Part shown: piece after piece, positions 54,121 through 64,000 of the stretch | How the letters are laid out: each line of letters opens with the position of its first letter | Numbering within the stretch: the stretch's first letter is position 1 | Source of the DNA: Chiloscyllium plagiosum | Taxonomy: Eukaryota | Reading direction: 5' to 3' | Length of the DNA stretch: 64,000 bases | NCBI RefSeq assembly: GCF_004010195.1 | Contig: NC_057719.1 | Coordinates: forward strand, 45,364,423 to 45,428,422 | Position numbers and translations under genes: made by a program | The notes under the pieces: generated by a model | The model's input: the letters and a program-made list of their open reading frames with translations, nothing else | The model's database searches: none | Told to the model about the DNA's origin: nothing

Positions 54121-54222
54121 GGACTAGAGAGTCCCCTAACACAATTGATCTCTTGGAATCCAACATACCCCTCATTGCATTAGAATTTAGATAGACAAGT
54201 TGAAATGGATACAGTTTTAGAG

Positions 54223-54898
54223 AAACCACGGAACTGTGATAATGGCAATCAAACAAAAACAATAATTGCCGGAAAAGCTCAGCAGGTCTGGCAGCACTTG
54301 TGGAGTGAAATCGAGAGTTAACGTTTCAGGTCCAGTGATGCAGCCACACATGCTGAATTATTTCCAGCAATTTCTGGTTTTGTTTGATTGCCATCATCAC
54401 AGTTCCTTGGTTTGCACAATCAGGTTTGTGAAAATTGTCAGAAATTGAGTCACAAACATCTGGTACAAATTTGACAAATGGCTTTTGAATAGCCGATATT
54501 CAGTTTAGTTTATTTGATTTTGTGAGATCTTTTGGCAGACAATGTGTTTTTATGTTATTATCTGCATTTAGAATTTTCTAGAACTATAACAAAAACAGTA
54601 ACTGCTGGAAAAGCTCAGCAGGTCTGTCAGCACCTGTGGAGGGAAATCGAGTTTTAACGTTTCAGGTCCAGTGACGCAGCCACACCTACTAATATTTCCA
54701 GCAATTTCTGTTTTTGTTATAGTTTTAGAAAACTCTGTAAAGGCAGATAATAACATAAAAACACTGTCTGCCAAAAGATCTGACAAACTCAAATAAAATA
54801 AACTGAATACCGGCTATTCAAAAGCCATTTGTCAATCTTGTACCAAACGTTTGTGACTCAATTTCCGACAATTTTCATAAACATGATTGTTTGTGCAA
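54223..54898. repeat. Two adjacent foldbacks (54223-54413 and 54412-54898), each centred on a copy of the same PLE-derived core
   Basis: Core ggaaaagctcagcaggtctg.cagcac.tgtggag.gaaatcgag..ttaacgtttcaggtccagtga.gcagccacac occurs twice; arms differ between the two units. Confidence 0.92.
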
Positions 54899-55239
54899 TA
54901 CTGTGTGGGATAGCAGATGTAGAACAAATGCAAGGACATAATTCAAACTACTGGGAAAGTGAATGCTGGGGTGAAGAAACAATGAAAATAAGACAGAAAA
55001 AGTATAATATTTATAGATGTACAGCTTTATGACTGAGACACATTTCTGAAAGAGGTGGACCCGGCGAGTTAAAACAGCAAAGAGAGAGGCCCCCACACCA
55101 CCCACCTTTAAAAGATGAAAACAAGTTTATCTGTATACCCTATATTCAAAAATATAACTAAAATCTGAAAATGTGCGTCAAATCAAAAAGCTGTAGACAT
55201 GTTTCTGAAGCTTACACCGAAATTGGCTCAAATTTAACC

Positions 55240-55500
55240 GACATCGAAGGATAAGGTGCCAGCCAAAAAGACAGAAGATATTGAAGTGTTGGACCACAGA
55301 GCCGTTCGCATATCCAACTCTGCATTTTTTGACAGCCAGTGCAGTGACAAGCATGCGCATGCGCATATTTTTCGGTCATGCTTCTTCACTAGCGCATGTG
55401 CAAGCATCCCTCAAACGCGCTCCTTGGCGTCAGCAACCGCAACTATCTTTTAAACTGTCAACATTAGAGCTCGTGCGCATGCGGTGAGCTCACGTGTGCA
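55240..55500. promoter_or_regulatory. Candidate housekeeping-type promoter (CpG-rich, NRF1 motifs, E-box)
   Basis: gcatgcgcatgcgca (55351-55365; contains NRF1 consensus TGCGCATGCGCA), gcgcatgtgca (~55392), gtgcgcatgcgg (~55473), cacgtg (55491); local CpG enrichment. Confidence 0.5.
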
Positions 55501-56736
55501 AACCTCTGAACTCTCCTGTCATGTAATTCTAATAAGGGTGTACCTTCACATAAGTACACATTAGGCCTTAATAATTGTTAAATTTATGAGAGTTCTTGTG
55601 GTTAACGTGTCTTATCAGTCTCTTTAGTAAATCTTTTTAAATTTCTCCCCCTTCGGTTAGTATTATCAATGCAGTTGAACATTCGAAAGAAGCAATATTG
55701 CAATTGGCAAAATGGAACGAAAACCGAGATTTTAATATCAAGAGCCTAAAAGGCTATTAAGAATTCCAAAAAAAACTCTTACATCAATATGGACTCGCTC
55801 TGGTAAAGATTGCAACAATTATCAGAAGCACTAAAGTAGATAAATTGACCAATTAAAATTGGGATGTGGTATACATTTAACTAGAAAAGTGACAAGATAA
55901 CTTTTCTTCGATACTTCAGCGTATAAGTTAAATGTTCCTAAACGTTTAGGGGATTATTAACTTCTGCCTTATTGTATGAAGTAAAAAGGCATAAGACAAG
56001 ACATGAAACTATGGACAGTGAAAACATGCATTGTCTCTGTTTTGGCGTTACTACAAAATTATTATTCGCAGCAGAGAATAATAAAAATAAAGATATGTAT
56101 ATGCACTTTTTAAAGTCAATCTCCTTTGGGAATAATTATACAGCTAGCAAGTTTAAAATCCTTAGAAACACGACAAACTTACCCCAGAAAATGGTAGAAA
56201 ATGAAATGAAGCAAAGTTATTCGAACATTAATAGATGCCAGGGAATTCAATTAAGTACTGCAAAACTCACTTAGCATTAAATACTTGTGTAATAATTTCA
56301 GATCAAGAAGGATGTGATGTATCTATCAAATCAATATATAACAGGATTTCAAAGAAATACGCTATGGGAAATGGAACCTATATATTTATTACAGTCAAGG
56401 AAGATAAATCTGTTATATTCAATGGAAGCTATTTAAAAGAAAATTGAAGTGGCTAATTTTCCAGAATTTGAAATCACAGCAGCCAGTTGTTGTTTTAATC
56501 CTCAAAATGTTTGTAAAATAACTATATATTTAAGTATATGGATTTCTGTCAGGCTCATGATAACCAATATTACTTTTGCTACCAAGTTCGATCTACCCCA
56601 AATTCTAAAAAATCTTACAACTTAGAACTTCTTACAAATCAGTAAGGTAGTCTGTATCATTTATCAAAAATTTCATTACTACAATAGTTGTTTGCAAATC
56701 GATTGGTACATCCCATAAATGCCAGAAATTCAATTA

Positions 56737-57452
56737 TCATATGTACTCAAGTTATAGACAACCTCATGTAAAAATTGACCCCCTATTTTTGGCCAGAAAA
56801 TCTGGAATTTTTCATTTATTTCATATCTCATATCTCATATATCTCATCTCAGTTCTTTACACTTAATAGATCAACATTTATGAGCCAAGGTATTATCCTG
56901 TGTATAAATGATACAGCTACAATGATTGGTGAGACTGTAGAGTCAAATGTCTAGTAACTTGTTTCATCAGAAATAAAAGTTAAAACATTAGTTTGAAAAG
57001 CTAAAACAACTGCAGATGAGAGAAAACAGAGGGAAATGGAAGAAATTGGTAGGAAAGTTTAAGATGCATCAGGTCAGAGTCAGGCGCATGCAGTTCAGCT
57101 GAGCTCAGTTCCCCTGTAACACTTATGGAATACAGTCATATACCTAGTTGAGGTTTTGAAATTTCTTCATCATTTTGTGTAAAAATGCCCTCCAGAGAAA
57201 GCAAAAAATATACAGCATCACTTAAAAGTTACTGAAATTGCAGGGAAAACAAATACCTGTGTGGTAGCAATTGCCAAAATTTTTTGTGTTTTTTTTGTTT
57301 AGCGATCAATTGAGCTTCTGCTAATGAAACGATACTTTGGACTATAGCATGAATTTCAGCCCCTGAAAAGTAGTATCCACATAATAGTTGACCCCATAAA
57401 TTTAACCTTAAAAAAATTCTTAAAAATTCGACTTTTATATGAATATATACAG
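56737..57452 (+). mobile_element. Non-autonomous pogo/Tigger-like (Tc1/mariner) DNA transposon
   Basis: Degenerate TIRs tcatatgtactcaagttatagacaac / tcgacttttatatgaatatatacag flanked by TA; internal frameshifted KKYTAS/LKVTEIAGKTNTCVVA resembles a pogo transposase N-terminus. Confidence 0.6.
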
Positions 57453-57744
57453 TATACTTAATATTATTTTAGGCATTCATTCTGACCTATTGTTTATTGA
57501 TACAAATGACATTTTAAATCATTAGCACTATTTTACAATTGTTATATCATTGTAACTATTATTTGGTTGTGTATTAATTTAAACCCTAAAGTAGCTACTG
57601 TTTTTGCAGCTACCATTTCTTGAATAGGATAATTTATATTTCATGTTTTCCACAAATGATTGGAAATTCATTCCTTGAATGGATCAATTTAGTAATTATT
57701 GGAATGATTATATTTCTTCTTATTTACTCTGAGCCTTTCATTTA

Positions 57745-57925
57745 TAAAGTTAAAAATCGCACAACACCAGGTTATAGTCCAACAGGTTTATTTGGAAGTA
57801 TAAGCTTTCGGAGCGCTGCTCCTTTGTCAGGTAGCTTGTACTTCCAAATAAACCTGTTGGATTATAACCTAGTGTTATGTGTTTTTAACTTTGTCCACCC
57901 CAACCCAACACCTGCACCTCCACAT
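57745..57925. mobile_element. Palindromic PLE terminal remnant (same family as 128-313)
   Basis: aaagttaaaaatcgcacaacaccaggttatagtccaacaggtttatttggaagta / tacttccaaataaacctgttggattataacctagtgttatgtgtttttaacttt; minus CUGAcaA-A-GGAGC-agc-GCUCC-GAAAG-CUU. Confidence 0.8.
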
Positions 57926-58059
57926 CGTGGCCTTTCATTTATGATAATTCAAGTCTAAACATATTTTCCAGTTCTGTCCTACAGACCAAGGCAGTTACAC
58001 TGAACTTATATAGTGCCATCAGGCAACTGTACCATCAGAGAGACCCCACCACATCAATT

Positions 58060-59522
58060 CAGTAACGCGTTTGACAAGATTCCTCATGGTAAACTGGTTA
58101 GCAAGGTTAGGTCACGTGGAATTTACGGAGAACTAACCATTTGGATACACAACTGGCTTGAAGGTAGAAGACACACAGGGGAGGTGGACGGCTGCTTTTC
58201 AGACTGGAGGCCTGGGACCAGTGGTGTGGCACAAGGTGCTGGGTCCACTGCTTTGTCACTTATATAAATTAGATTAGATTACTTACAGTGTGGAAACAGG
58301 CCCTTCGGCCCAACAAGTCCACATTGACCCGTCGAAGCGCAACCCACCCAGATCCGTTCCTCTACATTTGCCCCTTCACCTAACACTACGGGCAATTTAG
58401 CATGGCCAATTCACCTAACCTGCACATTTTTGGACTTTGGGAGGAAACCGGAGCACCCGGAGGAAACCGGAGCACCCAGAGGAAACCCACGCAGGCACGG
58501 GGAGAATGTACAAACTCCACACAGTCAGTCGCCTGAGGCGGGAATTAAACCCGGATCTCTGGCGCTGTGAGGCAGCAGCGCTAACCACTGTGCCACCATG
58601 CTGCCCACTGTGCCACCATGCCGCCCATTTGGATGTGAGCATAAGAGGTATGGTTCGTAAGTTTGCAGATGACACAAAAATTGGAGGTGTAGTGGACAGC
58701 GAAGAAGGTTGCCTCAGAGTACAGTAGGATTTATCAGATGTGCCAATGGCCCAGGAGTGGCAGATAAAGTTTAATTTAGATAAATGTCAGGTGCTGCATT
58801 TTGGAAAGGCAAGTCAAGGCAGACTTATATGCTTCATGGTAATGTCCTGGGAAGTGTTGCTGAACAAAGATACCTTTGAGTGCAGGTTCATAGTTCCTTG
58901 AAGGTGGAGTAGACAGGATAGTGAAGAAGGCATTTGGTTTGCTTGCTTTTATTGGTCAGAGTATTGGGTATAGGAGTTGGGAAGTCACATTACAGCTGTA
59001 CAGGAGGTTGGTTAGGCCAGCTTGAAATATTGAATTCAATTCTGGTCTCCCTGCTAAAAGAAAGATGTTGTGAAACTTGAAAGGGTTCAGAACAGATTTA
59101 CAAGGATGTTGGAGGGTTTGAGCTATAGGAAGAGGTTGAATAGACGAGGGCTATTTTCCCTGGAGCACCAGAGGCTGAGTGGTGACCTTATAGATTTTTA
59201 TAAAATCATGAGGAGCATGGATAAAGTGAATAGCCAAGGTCCTTTCCCCAGGGTATACCTAGAGGGTATAGGTTTAAGGTGAGAGGGGAAAGATTTGAAA
59301 GGGACCTAAGGGGCAACCTTTTCACACAGAATGGGATGCGTGTATGAATGATTTGCCAGAGGACATGGCGGAGGCTGGTACAATTACAACATTTAAAATG
59401 CATCTGGATGGGTACATGAATAGGATGGGTTTAGAGGTGTATAGGCCAAATGCTGGCAAATAGGACTAGATTAATTTAGGATATCTGGTCAGCATGGACA
59501 AATTGGATTGAAGACTGTTTCT
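58060..59522 (+). mobile_element. CR1 RT-to-3' fragment, interrupted by a SINE
   Basis: AFDKIPHGKL..WIHNWLEGRR; KFADDTKIGG; LERVQNRFTRML. Confidence 0.92.
58269..58627 (-). mobile_element. HE1-like SINE with two internal ~19-20 bp tandem duplications, inserted in the CR1
   Basis: ggaggaaaccggagcaccc x2 and ccactgtgccaccatgc(t/c)gc x2; (taatc)n tail. Confidence 0.92.
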
Positions 59523-59690
59523 GGGAGCAAGAGGCCCCCGTTATTTGAAGTTACAGGGAGCAAGGGACCCCGGTATTTGAAGTTTTAGGGAGACAGGAGG
59601 CCCCCGATATTTTAAATTATTAGGGAGGCAAGAGGCCTCCAATATTTGAAGTTTCTAAGGAGGCAAGAGGCCCCTAGTTTTCAATTATAG
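59523..59690 (+). repeat. Five degenerate ~33-bp tandem repeats (gggagcaagaggcccccg.tatttgaagtt..a)
   Basis: Copies start at about 59523, 59556, 59588, 59623 and 59658. Confidence 0.9.
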
Positions 59691-61759
59691 GTTATTATTG
59701 ATATAATAAAATATAATATTTAATACATTAATAAATAATACCACATTAATAATAAAAAACAATACTTAATGATTTTTTAAAAAGAAAAGAAATATCACGA
59801 TATTTTATGATAAAAGTTTTTTTTATATAAAAAGGTTTGTGAAATTGACTAGCGTTTGTGGAAGTCTGATCAGTGAGTAATGTTTTAAAAATTAGTTGCT
59901 ATAAGACTGAAGTAATTTTAAAATGAGTAATTACATGGACAGAACAGATGATTCATCATCAACGTTAGTGAAATTATGTGAAAACTTTCCCGAAAGGTCT
60001 GAGGCATTTAGAAACTGTATGGAGGTCTAAACAAAACATTGGGTGATGAAGAATATCATTACGTGTCCCTAAATCTGTTCAATTGGTTAAATCAGCTCAG
60101 CAATTGATTTGGCAACGTAATATGGGAACAGGAACGAAAGAGCTAATTGGACTATGGTGACAGTTTCGTGATGAGAGACATAAGAATCAGTTTTGCGCTT
60201 GTGGCATGATACTGCTACCAAATTGGGGATTGAATTCACTGCAAATGGTGCTATGAAATCTGCTAAAGTTCTTAAAAGTGAAGTGCTCGAGCAAAACAAT
60301 TACAGAAACAAAAGGAGAAGTCACAAGTGACTGTAAACAAACAGAATTGCGCAGTTCGATGGTTGGCCTTAGTTATAACGAGGAAGACAATGATGATTCG
60401 GATTTAGATGAGTGATGCTCTTTTCTTTGCGGCTCCCATTTCAAACTCTTCCTTACAGGCTGATCAGTATTGGAATGTATCATTTAATTCTCAATAACTT
60501 TCCTGCTGTAGTCCAGAAACAACAGCGACAAGAAAATATTCTTGCTGCTGTATCTGCTGTATTATTGTTTATTGTACCTGTTGTATCTGTTCAGCTTGGC
60601 TTGTCTTGCTTTGTTGCTTTTTTTTGTTCATTTTGGTGATTGTTTTTTGTTTATGAAATATGGAGGTTGGCCGTTGTTCTTTCTTGATGTGTTAAAAGAT
60701 AAGGCTGGCCAGCGGTAACAATTCTTCCACACTTGGTTAAGCAATGATGCCAAAGCCAGGATTTATCAGACTAAACTCCCAAGCTAAAAATTGAGATATG
60801 ATGTGTGTGTGTGTGTGTATGTGTTATAGAGACAGAGAGAAAAAAAAGAGCTGCACAGCTAGTAGAAAGTTTAACCCTTTGTGATTTGTTTTAAATGCAC
60901 ATTTGTTTGTCGGTGATTGAATGTTTCCGATTTATTATCTTGGAGCTCGAGATCCGGGACTGTTTTGAATCTGATTTGCGTTGTGGAAATTTAACATAAT
61001 TTCTTTTAAGGTTAAGGATCCTTCAGTACAATATTAACTCCTGTTTTTTTTACAGATCATCACTGCCTTACTGTTAGTTTCTAACTAATCTCTTTTATCC
61101 TTACATGAAAGTCAACCTTATACAATTTAAAATCAGTTTAATATGGAGGAAAACAACATTACAACCTTTTTTGTGTTTCAGACTTGTTTGTTTCCACTTA
61201 ATTTTAAGACTGATATATTTCATTAGTGATTATGATGTATCAGCCGTAACTTTATTTGGGAAGTCCCCTCCCTCAATGACAGTTGAAGTTTCAGTTCAAC
61301 ATTAGGTTGTGATAAATCATCATAAAATAATTTCCTCTGGTTAATATCTGTGTCCTCGGATTCGGTCATTATTCATGCATTAGATTTTTTTTTAACTTGA
61401 ATAGACAAATCCTATTAAGGCAGCTCCGATTATTTCATGACCTATAGCATTGTAATTGAGCAATGACTGGTCAGGACAACTTAAGAAACCTAATTTTGGA
61501 TTTAAATTAAGAGACTAAAACCAGATAATTATGGTGGATTTCAAAGTTGGGAACTGTATGCATTTTACATTTTAAATATTAAATATTGAACAAATGAATT
61601 TCAAATTTAGATATAGTATATATAAATATATATTTATAAATTATATAAGAAAATAAAATGTTGTATGTTACTCAGATATATTGTAAAAAATAATGACCAT
61701 TGACATATTACCACAGAGGAGATCTGATCTCAAAACAAGACAATGAGCGGCGGCTCATT

Positions 61760-61970
61760 GTGGGCGGCACGGTGGCACAGTGGTTAGCACTGCTGCCTCA
61801 CAGCGCCAGAGACCCGGGTTCAATTCCCGCCTCAGGCGACTGACTGTGTGGAGTTTGCACATTCTCCCCGTGTCTGCATGGGTTTCCTCCGGGTGCTCCG
61901 GTTTCCTCCCACAGTCACAAAGATGTNNNNNNNNNNNNNTGTTTCCACACTGTAAGTAATCTAATCTAAT
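61760..61970 (+). mobile_element. HE1-like SINE (young) spanning an assembly gap
   Basis: gggcggcacggtggcacagtggttagc..gggttcaattcccg; tail gtaatctaatctaat. Confidence 0.92.
61927..61939. other. Assembly gap (13 N)
   Basis: Run of n; part of the SINE body is missing across it, so the true gap is probably longer. Confidence 0.99.
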
Positions 61971-63159
61971 TCTCAGAACTAAGCTCTGTTGGTCCTCCAA
62001 TGTCCACAAAGGTAATTGAAACTTATTTTCCATAATCTTCTTCATCTGGATCCCCACTCAGTAATGCTTGGTACCACTGCACTCAGTGCTCTCTCCAAAA
62101 TTCAAACTGAATTCTATCCATATCATTAGGTGTCCCTAATGGATGAAAAAGGACCACTGCCTGACTTAAACAGGCATTGCTGTCACGCAGCATTCCAACC
62201 TTTGGAAAATAGGGACAACCAAATATATGGAGGAATAGGATGGTATATCAATCACTTTCTTTTGTAGCATCATTGGCCCATTGCCATGGAGTTGGCAAGC
62301 TCCATAATGTCACAGCTATGTGATACAGTGACCAGGACAAGTGAATGAGACAAATCACCGATTTAGTTATTCTCCTCTTGCAATTTTTGATCAGCTGAAA
62401 ATTCAAATCCTAAAACTAGCTTTCAGATTATGATAATCAAGATTCCAAAATGTATACTTAGGAACAAGCTTTAAAGTTAGACAAGGTTCAATGAGGTTAA
62501 AATGAAAATAGAGGAAATCAACTACCAAAGGGAAGAGAATGATGCAATAAGAAGGATAAAGCAGCAGAGTACAGTTTTTAAAATGTTTTAGTCACTTGTT
62601 GGATTTCCACCCTGAATTACAGATAATGATTATTTTATTTATTATTACAAATATTTATATTTAATTATATTTATTATTAATTATATATGTATATTATTTA
62701 TATTAATAATATTTATAATAAATCAATTGTATTAGCCCGAATCAAAATTAATTGGCAGGGTTCTTTCACACATTGTCAGTGACCTGTTATATTGATTCAT
62801 GGCTAATTTAAAACATGACTGCATTAATTCATTGTTAATTAAAGAACGGAAAGCTACATTACTGGCCAGTTGAAGAAATTTTCCATATGATTGGGGGATA
62901 GGCATAGATATATATATGGCAAATGAAACTCCCAAAATCTGGGGAGGTGACTGTGAATGGGTGTATATATGTGTAAAAAATTAGAAATGATATGAGAAAA
63001 CAATGTAAGGCCACCAAAGTTGAGGAATATATAAACAAGGTTAAAGCAACAATACTGTAAAATAAAAAACTTAGATTCTACTCGAAATCCCGAGCCTATG
63101 TCTGGCACACTGACCCTTTTTGAGAATTGGGATTTTGTTCCTATACACATGCTGAGCCC

Positions 63160-63281
63160 TTCTTCTTATGCCCGAAATGTCGATTCTCCTGCTCCTCGGA
63201 TGCTGCCTGGCCTGCTTAGTTTTTCCAGCACCACATTTTTCAACTCTGGTACTCCAGCATCTGCAGTCCTCGCTTTCTCCT
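63160..63281 (+). mobile_element. Solitary PLE tail with the 3' half of a hammerhead motif
   Basis: cttatgcccgaaatgtcgattctcctgctcctcggatgctgcctgg..cagcatctgcagtcctcgctttctcc, similar to 45355-45430 and 7737-7845. Confidence 0.85.
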
Positions 63282-64000
63282 AAATTGTAGGAGTAGCCTG
63301 AATACGAATGGCTTGTGTTACAAGACTGAAAGATGCGCCTAGCTGGCTGATGGAAGTGACAAACAATTGAACAATAATCAAGAAGCTCAATTACCTTTAT
63401 TTAACCCTAGGCTTTTGCAATGTTTTCTGGCTAGATTCACAGACATGATCCAGGCCAACAGTACACACCAGTCCAGGAATTTCCAGTCGCAAATGAGGTG
63501 AGCGGTGGTTTTCTATTGGGATGGCCAGAACCGTACTGAACCATGATGCAAGTTACAGGTAAAACAAATTATATTCAGTGTCCTCGTGATCCCAAATGCT
63601 GTATGCCAGCCCTGATAGGGTTGATTGGAACCAGGAGACCCACTGGGGGCAGAACCTACCTCACCTATCCGATGACCATGGCTAGACAATCTTTTCCCGA
63701 GGGGATCCTGAAAATGGGGACAGGCAGGCCCAGCATTTCACCTTTGAGACTGGCAACAAGACGTCAAAAAAAACCCAGGGGCAAAATGCTGGCCCTTGCT
63801 TTAACTGTTGAAATGTGGCCAATGGGGAGTAATGTGTCTTTAATGTTAGCTCGGAGCTGACATTGGGAATCGACAGGCTTTCATCCTATCAAAAGGAAAA
63901 TCTACTAATATACACTGACTCTTCATTGTGCTTTTAATATGATCCACGATTTTGGAGCCTTGTGGGAACATTGAAGATTTTTAACTCCCAAGATGGGGCA

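Larger units (their letters stand above)
59923..64000 (+). mobile_element. Degraded endogenous retrovirus-like sequence (putative gag pieces, CCHC knuckle, class-I-type RNase H), extends beyond the window
   Basis: 63874-63995 reads, with frameshifts, QAFILSKGKSTN/IYTDS/CAFNMIHDFGALWEH*RFLT, matching the retroviral RNase H pattern GK.VNIYTDS.YAF..VH.FG.LW..RGFLT; 63797-63837 CFNC..G(Q)W...C knuckle. Upstream gag assignment is inference only. Confidence 0.6.

Noticed and set aside
55972..56447. Two plus-strand ORFs downstream of the promoter-like patch
   Set aside because: AT-rich, non-ATG starts, no recognisable domain or convincing splice-site pair
59690..62735. Extremely AT-rich patches (59690-59830, 61610-61655, 62630-62735) as functional elements
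   Set aside because: Low-complexity sequence near an assembly gap; may be decayed microsatellite or low-quality sequence
63543..63860. 105-aa ORF as a host gene
   Set aside because: No recognisable homology; overlapping frames carry the Gag-knuckle-like motif, so it is better explained as ERV debris

Overview
This is vertebrate genomic DNA, most likely from a shark. That assignment is inferred from HE1-like tRNA SINEs with (TAATC)n tails, HER1/CR1-type LINEs and abundant Penelope-like elements. I could not identify any intact host protein-coding gene; every recognisable ORF is a decayed transposable-element fragment. The window is a dense, nested TE landscape: many CR1 LINEs, seven HE1-like SINEs and Penelope-like elements (PLEs) whose termini carry minimal hammerhead-ribozyme motifs from at least three sequence families. 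It also holds a Gypsy pol fragment, a fragmented Ty1/Copia element (GalEa-like; order gag-PR-INT-RT-RH) spread over about 9 kb with four nested insertions, a hAT transposon with TIRs and an 8-bp TSD inside a CR1, a pogo-like non-autonomous element and a Rex/Babar fragment. A degraded class-I-like endogenous retrovirus runs off the right end. The most unusual structures are two adjacent foldbacks (54.2-54.9 kb), which share one PLE-derived core but have different inverted arms, next to a CpG/NRF1-motif-rich promoter-like patch (55.2-55.5 kb). Element boundaries were read by eye and are approximate unless a TSD or TIR is quoted.
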